Below, in pieces: positions 21,018 to 29,994 of a DNA stretch of 64,000 bases. This DNA comes from Candidatus Eiseniibacteriota bacterium (GTDB lineage: Bacteria > Eisenbacteria > RBG-16-71-46), in the NCBI GenBank assembly GCA_963744995.1, contig CAVUWA010000002.1, positions 1,088,001 to 1,152,000 of the forward strand, written 5' to 3'. The notes under the pieces were generated by a model. The model ran no database searches and had not been told where the DNA came from. It was given only the letters and a program-made list of their open reading frames with translations. A program made the position numbers and the translations under genes. How positions within the stretch are numbered: the first letter of the stretch is position 1; each line of letters starts with the position of its first letter.

Positions 21018-21578
21018 TTACTTCCCGTCATTCGCAGGCGGCGGCGGCACGTCCCACGCCGGCGGCGCCGGGAACGTCATGACCGCGCCGTCGTACTTCT
21101 CGCCCGGCGGGACCACGTCGGGGACGTGATGCGAGATGGGCGGCAGCGAACGCAGGTACGCGACGATCGCGTGCGCGTCGTCGTCGGTGAGGTGCGAGAA
21201 GCCCGCGTACGGCATGAACGGCGCGAGCATGCGGCCGTCCGGACGCTGGCCGGTGCGGATTGCGGTGACGATCTCGTCGTCGCTCCATTTGCCGAGCCCG
21301 GTCTCCGGATCCGGCGTCAGGTTGCGCGGGAACGCGACGCCCCACGGGCCCGTCCAGCCGAGTTCGCTGCCCGACAGCCGGCGGCTGAAGTCAGGCTGCC
21401 CATACAGGTTGCCGGGCGTGTGGCAGTCGTTGCATCCGGCGATCGTGACCAGATACTCGCCACGCTTCACCATGTCGGACGCGGGCTTCGCCGCCGGCTT
21501 GGAATATGACAGGCCGGCGAAGACGGCGGTCATGGCGAACAGTGCGACGAGTGCGGCGATGAAACGGGTCCAGCGCAT
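21018..21578 (-). CDS. Exported c-type cytochrome (mono-haem)
   Basis: Signal peptide; RGEYL...GCNDCHT, NLTPDPETGLGKWS, MPY motifs. Confidence 0.9.
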   Translation of the reverse strand: MRWTRFIAALVALFAMTAVFAGLSYSKPAAKPASDMVKRGEYLVTIAGCNDCHTPGNLYGQPDFSRRLSGSELGWTGPWGVAFPRNLTPDPETGLGKWSDDEIVTAIRTGQRPDGRMLAPFMPYAGFSHLTDDDAHAIVAYLRSLPPISHHVPDVVPPGEKYDGAVMTFPAPPAWDVPPPPANDGK

Positions 21579-21753
21579 CGGTTACCTCTCGGATTCGACG
21601 AGGGTGGAAACGAGGGGGAAAGTGGTCCGGCCCGCACAGGCGAACCTGCACGCGAGCCGGCAACTCGGAGAATCGCACGCCGGCGCGCACCGCGCGAGAT
21701 CTAAAATCGCGAATCGAGTTGCATCGCGCGGCGCATGCGTCACAATCGGCCCC

Positions 21754-22281
21754 ATGAACGAACCCGGTCGTACCGTCGCCTGTCCGTTCTGCGCGTCGCG
21801 CTACTTTCTGCCCGCAGCGCTCATGGGATCCGGTGGCGCGCGCATCCGCTGTCCGAACTGCGAGCGAACCTTTGTCGTTCCGTCGAGCGAAGTCGAGGCG
21901 GCGGACGAAGCGATGCAGAAGAGCGCGCCGCTCGAAGACGCGCCTTCCGCCATGGCGGAGGACCATCCGGCGTCGCCGCCGCACGTGCGGGATCCGGAGC
22001 CGTCCCCTGCGGCGCCGCACGACGAGGCCGTCGGCGCACCGGCCGAGGCGCCGGCTCCGGCCGAACGCGCGACGCGGATGCTCGATATGCTGGCCGGGCG
22101 ACACGGTGAGGCGTTGCATGCGGCTGCGCGCGAAGGGCGGCTGTTCGCGGCGTACGGCCCGGAGATCCTCGAGCTCTTCGAGGCGTGGCGGAAGGACGCG
22201 GGGCGTGACGCGGATTCGGCGATCTTCCGCGAAGCGCTGCGTGAGCGCTGGGGCGTCGACCTGGAGCCGGGCGGAGACTGA
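21754..22281 (+). CDS. Zinc-ribbon (MJ0042-type) domain protein
   Basis: CPFC-x21-CPNC at N-terminus, Pro/Ala linker, helical C-terminal domain. Confidence 0.8.
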   Translation: MNEPGRTVACPFCASRYFLPAALMGSGGARIRCPNCERTFVVPSSEVEAADEAMQKSAPLEDAPSAMAEDHPASPPHVRDPEPSPAAPHDEAVGAPAEAPAPAERATRMLDMLAGRHGEALHAAAREGRLFAAYGPEILELFEAWRKDAGRDADSAIFREALRERWGVDLEPGGD

Positions 22282-22339
22282 CCCGGCCGGTGTCGGCGGA
22301 CGCCGCACCGGTCCCGGGCCGCGCGCGGCCCGGGCGGGT

Positions 22340-23674
22340 TCAGAACGCGGTCGGATCCGCCGGCGTGGGGGCCCCCTCGCCGGGCACCGCCGGCACGTCG
22401 GTGCCGCGGCCGTAGAGCACGGTGAGGATGCCCGCGATCGCGACCAGCACGGCGCTCGTCAGGATCGCGTTGCGCGTGCCCCAGCCGTTGGTCAGCCACG
22501 CGGCGAGCGTGCCCGAGATGAACAGCAGCAGACGCATCATGAAGTCGCGGGCGCTGAACACGCGGCCGCGCTGGCGTGCCGAGGTGCCGGTCTGCAGCAG
22601 CGTCTCGCTGAGCACGAACGCCGGGGCGGCGGCGAGCCCGATGATGAACGCCGATATCGCGAACACCGCGAAGCGGGTGGAGACCGCGAACGAGATCAGG
22701 CCGACGCCGACCAGCAGCAATCCCGAGCCGAGCAGCACCGAAGCCCGAACGTTGCGGCCGTAGGTATTCACCCACCAGGTGCCAAGTCCGGCGCCGACGC
22801 CGAGCACGGTGATCAGGATCCCGACGCGTTCCATGCCGGGAACGCTCGCCGCGTGCTGGATGTGCTGGTTGCCGGCGACGTGCAGGAAGCCGCCGCCGAC
22901 CCACACGGCCCCGAGCGCGATCAGCGCCACGCCGACCGGCCGGCTCGAGCGAACCAGCGCCCAGCCCTCCTTCACCTCGCGCATGTAGCGACCGACCGAG
23001 ACGTCGGGCTGCGGCTCCACGGGCGCATGGCGATGGCGATAGGCGACGAGTGCGAGTGCGATCACCGAGACGGCGTACGTGAAGGCGTTGATGTAGAGCG
23101 CCGTGCCCCAGCCCCAGTGGTCCACCACCCAGCCGCCGAGCGGCGCGCCGATCGCGGTGGAAGCGATCCCGGCGCCCGCGAGCAGCGCGTTGGCGGTCAG
23201 CAGTTGCGAACGCGGCACGATCTCCGGCGTGATCGCGCTTTTCGCCGGCAGGAAGACGACGTTGCAGGTGAACAGCAGGAACACCAGCAGATATACCGGG
23301 AACGTGAGGTGCGTCGTCACGTACAGCACCGGGATCAGCGCGACCAGCACACCACGCAGCGTGTCCGAGGCGATCAGCACGCGCTTCAGATTCGTGCGGT
23401 CCACCCAGGCGCCGGTGAACGGCGCGAACAGCAGCACGGGCGCGAGCATCACGTTGCCGAGCATCCACAGCAGCCACGACGAGCGCTCGTCGGAGAAGTG
23501 CGACGAGTGTTCGGCGAGCAGGCCGATCAGCGCCAGGTAGGTGAGCCGCTCGCCGAGAATCGACACCAGCTGGCCCCACCAGAGTGCGGCGAAGTTGCGC
23601 TGGGCGAGGAGCGGGGGGGGTGGCTCCGCCGCGCCGGGCGTGGCGCCTGCGCCCCCCGCGGCCTCGTCGGTCAT
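22340..23674 (-). CDS. MFS transporter
   Basis: About 12 hydrophobic segments; NFAALWWGQLVS, GAWVDR motif A, RGRVFS. Confidence 0.9.
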   Translation of the reverse strand: MTDEAAGGAGATPGAAEPPPPLLAQRNFAALWWGQLVSILGERLTYLALIGLLAEHSSHFSDERSSWLLWMLGNVMLAPVLLFAPFTGAWVDRTNLKRVLIASDTLRGVLVALIPVLYVTTHLTFPVYLLVFLLFTCNVVFLPAKSAITPEIVPRSQLLTANALLAGAGIASTAIGAPLGGWVVDHWGWGTALYINAFTYAVSVIALALVAYRHRHAPVEPQPDVSVGRYMREVKEGWALVRSSRPVGVALIALGAVWVGGGFLHVAGNQHIQHAASVPGMERVGILITVLGVGAGLGTWWVNTYGRNVRASVLLGSGLLLVGVGLISFAVSTRFAVFAISAFIIGLAAAPAFVLSETLLQTGTSARQRGRVFSARDFMMRLLLFISGTLAAWLTNGWGTRNAILTSAVLVAIAGILTVLYGRGTDVPAVPGEGAPTPADPTAF

Positions 23675-23678
23675 CGAA

Positions 23679-24839
23679 CTACGCGGCGCTGATGCGACGC
23701 GGGCGCGGTACGGCGTGCCCCCTGGTGCCGAGCACGTGGCGGTAGAGCGCTTCGATCCGCTCGACCACCGACGGCCACGCGAACGCCTGCGCGCGCTGAC
23801 GGCCACGGCCGCCCAGCAGCAGCCGGCGCTCCGGATCGTCCACCAGCTGCAGGATGGCGCGCTCCAGCGAGGCGACGTCGTTGGGCCTGCACACGACCCC
23901 GTTCACGTCGGGATCGATGACGGTGCGATAGCCGGGGATGTCCGAGGCCACGACCGCGCGCGCGGTGGCCATCGCCTCCACCAGCACGATGCCGAAGCTC
24001 TCCTGCCCGTAGGCGGGCGAAACGAAGATGTCGCCGGTCGCGTACCAGCGCGGCAGCTCGGCGCTCGGCACGTGGCCGAGGAAGTGCACGTGCGGCCGCA
24101 CCCATGAGGGCACCGAGGCTTCGAAGCGCGAGCGCAGGTAGGAGTCGCCGACCACCAGCAGCCGCGCGCGTCCTTTCGTGCGCTTCACGATCCCGGGCAT
24201 CGCCGCGAGCAGCAGATGCACTCCCTTGCGCGGATCGAGGCGCCCCACGAACAGCAGGTTCACCTTGTCCGGATCCATCCACTGCTCGAACGGCTGCACC
24301 TGGGGATGGAAGCGGGAAATGTCGACGCCGTTCGGGATCACCTCGTAGGCGCCCGGGAACATCTGGGAGGCGTAGTCGCGCGCCGTCACCGACACCGCGA
24401 TCTTGGCATCGAGCCGCTCCATCACCGGCCGTTGCGTACGCGCGAGCCAGTTGAGGAAGCGGTTCGGGTTGCCGGTCGTGTGGAACGTGCCGACCTGCGG
24501 GCACTGGCTCTCGAGCACGGCGAACATCGGCAGCGTCGGCACCAGCGGAGCGTGGGTGTGCAGCACGTCGAACGCGTGGTCGCGGAACAGGCGCCGGAGC
24601 TGGCCGCGCAGGCGGAAGCCGACGGCGAGGTCCACGAACGCGCCGTTGAAGGGGATCATCACGTTGTACCCGATCCGCTCGACGCCTTCGCGGTAATGAT
24701 TCTCACCGCGGCGGAAATGGCTGGTGATGATCGTGACGTCGTGACCGCGGCGGCGCAGCTCCATGGCCTTGGCATGGACGTGCTCGGTCACGCCGCCGTA
24801 ACGCGGGTAGTAGGACTGGGTGACGATGCCGATCTTCAA
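23679..24839 (-). CDS. GT4 glycosyltransferase, PimA-like
   Basis: GGVTEHV, VGTFHT, IAVS, IPNGVD, GRLDPRKG, ESFGIVLVEAMA; TTGA overlap with acyltransferase. Confidence 0.85.
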   Translation of the reverse strand: MKIGIVTQSYYPRYGGVTEHVHAKAMELRRRGHDVTIITSHFRRGENHYREGVERIGYNVMIPFNGAFVDLAVGFRLRGQLRRLFRDHAFDVLHTHAPLVPTLPMFAVLESQCPQVGTFHTTGNPNRFLNWLARTQRPVMERLDAKIAVSVTARDYASQMFPGAYEVIPNGVDISRFHPQVQPFEQWMDPDKVNLLFVGRLDPRKGVHLLLAAMPGIVKRTKGRARLLVVGDSYLRSRFEASVPSWVRPHVHFLGHVPSAELPRWYATGDIFVSPAYGQESFGIVLVEAMATARAVVASDIPGYRTVIDPDVNGVVCRPNDVASLERAILQLVDDPERRLLLGGRGRQRAQAFAWPSVVERIEALYRHVLGTRGHAVPRPRRISAA

Positions 24840-25729
24840 GCGTGCACGCGTTGGGTCGCGGCGGCTTCGGAACGCTCTTCGGCCGGCGGCCCATCCCAGA
24901 ACGGGCGGAAGATGCACCACTGATCCACGTGTTCGCGGATGTGGCGTTCGATGGTGTGCGCGACGGCGGCGTTGACCTCCTGCACGGTGGCGTGGTCGGC
25001 CGGGTCGATCGCCGGTTCGAGCACGATGCGGAAGGTGCCCGGCCCGGTGCGCTCGCAGTAGCCGCAGATGATCGGCGCGCCGGTGCGGTGCGACAGCACG
25101 CCGGGGCCGGCCGGGAACGGCGTCTCGCGACCGAAGAACTCGACCGGCACGCCGTGCCGGTACATGTCGCCGTCCACCATCAGGGCGATGAGCTCGTTGC
25201 GGTCGAGCGCGCGCAGCAGCTTGCGGAACCCGTCCTCGACCGAGACGGTGCGGATCGCGAGCTCGGTCTTGGTCTCGCGCACCGCGGGCGCGAGCCAGCG
25301 GCTGAGCTGAACCCCGGCGACCGCGTGCAGCGTGTAGCCCCAGTGGGCGACGACCACCGCGCCGAGCTCCCAGTTGCCGATGTGGCTCGATGCGAAGATC
25401 GCACCGTGGCCTTTCGCGACCGCCGCCTCCAGGTGCTCGCGTCCGACCACCTCGACCGCGTCGAGCAGCTCGGCGCGTTCCAGATGGGGGAGGCGGAAGA
25501 ACTCGAAGAGCATGTCGTTGTAGCTCCGCATCATCCGGCGCACGATGCCGGTGCGTTCGCGGCGTGAGGATCCGGGCAGGATGGCCGCCAGGTTGGCGAG
25601 GGCGGCGTGCCGGCGCGCCGGGAAGGCCCGGTAGTGAACCCCCGCAAGAACCCGCGCAAGGGCATAGCCGAGCTTCAAGGGCAGCGCGGCCACGAGCGCG
25701 GTGAGCCAGCCATACACGAGTCGAGACAT
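24836..25729 (-). CDS. Lysophospholipid/lipid A-type acyltransferase (PatA/LpxL family)
   Basis: HIGNWE, LMVDGD, VEFFG, DQWCIFRPFW motifs. Confidence 0.88.
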   Translation of the reverse strand: MSRLVYGWLTALVAALPLKLGYALARVLAGVHYRAFPARRHAALANLAAILPGSSRRERTGIVRRMMRSYNDMLFEFFRLPHLERAELLDAVEVVGREHLEAAVAKGHGAIFASSHIGNWELGAVVVAHWGYTLHAVAGVQLSRWLAPAVRETKTELAIRTVSVEDGFRKLLRALDRNELIALMVDGDMYRHGVPVEFFGRETPFPAGPGVLSHRTGAPIICGYCERTGPGTFRIVLEPAIDPADHATVQEVNAAVAHTIERHIREHVDQWCIFRPFWDGPPAEERSEAAATQRVHA

Positions 25730-25779
25730 CCTATTCCCCACTCCCGAAAGATAGGCGGCGCACTGGCCGGTTCGGGGCC

Positions 25780-25809
25780 AACTTACGGCCTCGTCAGAAA
25801 TGATGTCAA
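25780..25809 (-). promoter_or_regulatory. Putative sigma70 promoter of the acyltransferase operon
   Basis: TTGACA-N18-TAAGTT on minus strand. Confidence 0.55.
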
Positions 25810-25887
25810 GCATTCGGAGCATGGATCGACGCCTCGATTCCCAGCCGCATGGCTTTGTCTCGCATCGAGTTGGAGGAAAGGGCGCCG

Positions 25888-25917
25888 TTGACCCGGGCGC
25901 CGGGGCGGGGCTACCAT
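25888..25917 (+). promoter_or_regulatory. Putative sigma70 promoter
   Basis: TTGACC-N18-TACCAT, divergent from the previous promoter. Confidence 0.5.
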
Positions 25918-26050
25918 GCGCCACGGAAGCACCCCCGCAGGCACGGGCCGCGTTCCGGGATTGCCGGAGGATTGCATCATGGCGGCCGGGTGTCAGCTCG
26001 CGACCCACGGGGAGGACCGGATCGAGCCACCAGCAGAGGGAGGCGCGCCG

Positions 26051-26467
26051 ATGTCGAGTCAGAAATTGTTGCGGTGCCACATCCGCCCCAAAGGCGGCAA
26101 CGGTCCTGGCAGCGAGCGCTACATCCCGCTCGAGATCTTCGGCCTGTGGGAGTTCCTCATGACCCGCCGTCACGACTTCGAGGTGGTGGAGCCGAGCGCA
26201 TCGCTGTGGCTCGACATGGAGGACTCACCCGAGGCGGCCTATCAGGATCACCAGTACGAGCGGGTGACCGAGGTCACGGCCTACGTCTACTCCGGCCGCG
26301 ACGACATGTTCACCCGCGCCCGGCGCTACTTCGCGACGAGCGAGTGCGACCGCCTGAAGGAGATCTTCCTCGCCCACTACCGGGACGAAGGGGCGCGCCT
26401 GCAGACCCAGGTGCGCGAGCGTCCCGGAATCTGGCTGTATCGCGACGCGGCCGGGGTGTCCACCTAG
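26051..26467 (+). CDS. Hypothetical cytoplasmic protein
   Basis: GGGAGG SD, high-GC3 codon use, normal globular composition; no family recognised. Confidence 0.8.
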   Translation: MSSQKLLRCHIRPKGGNGPGSERYIPLEIFGLWEFLMTRRHDFEVVEPSASLWLDMEDSPEAAYQDHQYERVTEVTAYVYSGRDDMFTRARRYFATSECDRLKEIFLAHYRDEGARLQTQVRERPGIWLYRDAAGVST

Positions 26468-26556
26468 CCGGCGCCCCGGGCCCGCCCGCTCCGAGCCAGG
26501 CCGTCTCCGGCGTACCGGGGGCGGCCTGGCTTCGTCCATCCGCCGGCAATTCCGGG

Positions 26557-26584
26557 TCAAGGTTCCACGCCGCCACGCCGATAA
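26557..26584 (+). promoter_or_regulatory. sigma28 (FliA/WhiG)-type promoter upstream of mglA-like gene
   Basis: TCAAG-N15-GCCGATAA. Confidence 0.75.
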
Positions 26585-26836
26585 GCCTCGTGACGGCAGA
26601 CGCACGGGGTTCCCGTCGCCGCGGGGCGGCAGTGCCCGCGAGGCGGAGGTCGCGTCTGTGCCACAGGATTGCGACCCCATCCGGTGCGTGAGGATTGGTT
26701 CGAGCTTCGTGCTTCAGGCATCGGTGCTGATGGACGGTTCTTTCCACCTTCAGAGTTCCCGTGGAGAAAGGGCGGCAAGGGGCTCCATGGGGTTCGGCTC
26801 TGTGACAGGGTGGGGTCGCTCAAGGAGGAGATCGCC

Positions 26837-28174
<1,338 letters not shown>

Positions 28175-28210
28175 CTTGACCGGAACTGAACCCGCGCCGC
28201 ATTCCGGCTG

Positions 28211-28239
28211 TTGACAGGAGCGGTGCGGGTTCCTAATTT
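28211..28239 (+). promoter_or_regulatory. sigma70 promoter, likely leaderless transcript
   Basis: TTGACA-N17-TAATTT with ATG 6 nt after the -10 box. Confidence 0.65.
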
Positions 28240-28245
28240 TGAGCC

Positions 28246-28713
28246 ATGAACCCTTCGCGCTGTCTGCTGCCGGTCGCCGCCGTCCTCTCATTGCTCGCCG
28301 TTTCTCCCGCGTTCGCCCAGGGCCTCGATGCGCCCGGACTCGCGGGCTTCACGCCGCAGGTGCCGGTGAGCGCGTTCGCGCGCCCCGCCGCCTGGTTCGA
28401 CCCTTCCAGGCTGCACGTCTCGACGACGGTGAGCGTCGGTTCCGGGTTCACCGGCGCCACGGACGCCCTGCAGGTCACGACGCTCCACTACCGGTTCGGC
28501 GCACCGCTGGCGATGCAGGTGAGCCTCGGCAACCAGTGGGGCAGCGCCGGCTCGGGCAACGCGAACTTCTTCCTCGAGGGACTGGCGCTCGACTACCGCC
28601 CGAGCCCTTCGACCTCGATCCGAATCCAGTACCGCAACGTCCGCTCGCCGCTGCAGTACGGCTACGGTTACGGCGACTACGGTTACGGCCGCGGACTCTG
28701 GGGCGGCTACTAG
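28246..28713 (+). CDS. Exported hypothetical protein (beta-strand rich, Gly/Tyr tail)
   Basis: Signal peptide ending AFA-Q; alternating beta-strand pattern; YGYGYGDYGYG tail. Confidence 0.75.
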   Translation: MNPSRCLLPVAAVLSLLAVSPAFAQGLDAPGLAGFTPQVPVSAFARPAAWFDPSRLHVSTTVSVGSGFTGATDALQVTTLHYRFGAPLAMQVSLGNQWGSAGSGNANFFLEGLALDYRPSPSTSIRIQYRNVRSPLQYGYGYGDYGYGRGLWGGY

Positions 28714-28901
28714 GTTCTCCCTGAGAGCGCGAATGACCGCGTGGCCCGGTCGCTCGTCGCCGCGGAGTATCTGACGATCCGCCTCGCCCGCCGCTTCCTC
28801 GCGCCCTGCCCTTCACGATCTTGGACGGAATCCGGGCGCCCGGCGTCGCCGGCCCCGGCCGCGTATCCGGTCTCCGGAGTCCGGGCATGGAGCGCGCGCC
28901 G

Positions 28902-29726
28902 ATGAGCGCCCCGCCGCGCCGCCTCGCGACCGAGTTCCAGCGCCATCCCGGCGCCACCGGGCTCATCCCGTTCATCACCGCCGGATATCCGGACCTCGAC
29001 GCCTCGCTCGAGATGATGCGCGCATTCGCGCGCTCCGGCGTGCGCGCGATCGAGGTGGGGATCCCGTTCTCGGATCCGATCGCCGACGGGCCCGAAATCC
29101 AGCGGGCCTCCGAGTGGGCGCTCAGGAAGGGCGTCGGCACCACGGACGTGCTCGACCTGGTCGCCGCCTTCCGGCGCGAGGCCGAGACCCCGGTGGTGAT
29201 CATGACCTACTCGAATCCGATCATGCGGGGCGGTGTGGCGGCGTTCGCCGGGAGCGCGCGCGCGAGCGGTGTCGACGGGCTCATCGTCTCCGACCTGCCG
29301 CCGGACGAGTCGCCCGAGGCGTGGCAGGCCTTCGACGCGAACGCCCTCGACACGATCCTGCTGGTTGCGCCCACGACCGACGCGGACCGGTTGCCGCGCC
29401 TGATCGAACGGAGCCGCGGCTTCGTCTACTGTCTCGCGCGCACCGGCGTCACCGGACGTTCAGCGGGCTTCGCGGGCTCGATTCCGGACCGCGTCGCCGC
29501 GCTGCGCCGGCTGACGACCCTGCCGGTGGCGGTCGGCTTCGGCATCTCGAACGCGGACGATGCACGTGCCCTCAGGGGCGTGGTCGACGCGGTGGTCGTC
29601 GGTGCGGCGTTCATGCGCGCCGTGACCGAGAATCCGGAGTCCGGCGCGGCGGCGCGCGTGGCGGCGCTCGGCGAGACCCTCGCTGCGGCGCTGCGCGCGG
29701 ACGCGAGAGGGAACGCGCGCGCCTGA
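28902..29726 (+). CDS. trpA: Tryptophan synthase alpha chain
   Basis: PFITAGYP, EVGIPFSDPIADGPEIQ, MTYSNP, APTT, GVTG, VGFGIS. Confidence 0.95.
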   Translation: MSAPPRRLATEFQRHPGATGLIPFITAGYPDLDASLEMMRAFARSGVRAIEVGIPFSDPIADGPEIQRASEWALRKGVGTTDVLDLVAAFRREAETPVVIMTYSNPIMRGGVAAFAGSARASGVDGLIVSDLPPDESPEAWQAFDANALDTILLVAPTTDADRLPRLIERSRGFVYCLARTGVTGRSAGFAGSIPDRVAALRRLTTLPVAVGFGISNADDARALRGVVDAVVVGAAFMRAVTENPESGAAARVAALGETLAAALRADARGNARA

Positions 29727-29897
29727 GACGTGCGGCGCGCGGAAGCCGGCTCCCCGCGACGCCGTTCGGCACGGCGCGGGACGCACGGATGGAACACACC
29801 GTGCCGGGACGACCCCGGGGCGCGGACGGTCGTGCGAGGCACGCCGCCCCGACGCGGTGACGCGCAACCTCCGGCCGGAGCCGGGGTCACGCTCGAT

Positions 29898-29954
29898 CTA
29901 GCGCCGGATCCACCAGAGCAGATCGAGAATCAGCACCATCAGGCCGATTTCCAC
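29898..29954 (-). CDS. 18-aa hydrophobic small protein MEIGLMVLILDLLWWIRR
   Basis: GGAGGT SD 5 nt before GTG; GC3-rich codons; downstream of a sigma28 box; absent from the ORF track. Confidence 0.65.
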   Translation of the reverse strand: MEIGLMVLILDLLWWIRR

Positions 29955-29994
29955 GGTCCACCTCCGACTGCGAGGGGCTCGCGCTTGCGCGCGG

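Noticed and set aside
18350..21082. 910-aa ORF as a single protein
   Set aside because: Composite of the HNH remnant, the RecG N-terminus and out-of-frame RecG after the frameshift
22630..22657. GCCGATAT inside the MFS gene
   Set aside because: No matching -35 element; antisense within a CDS
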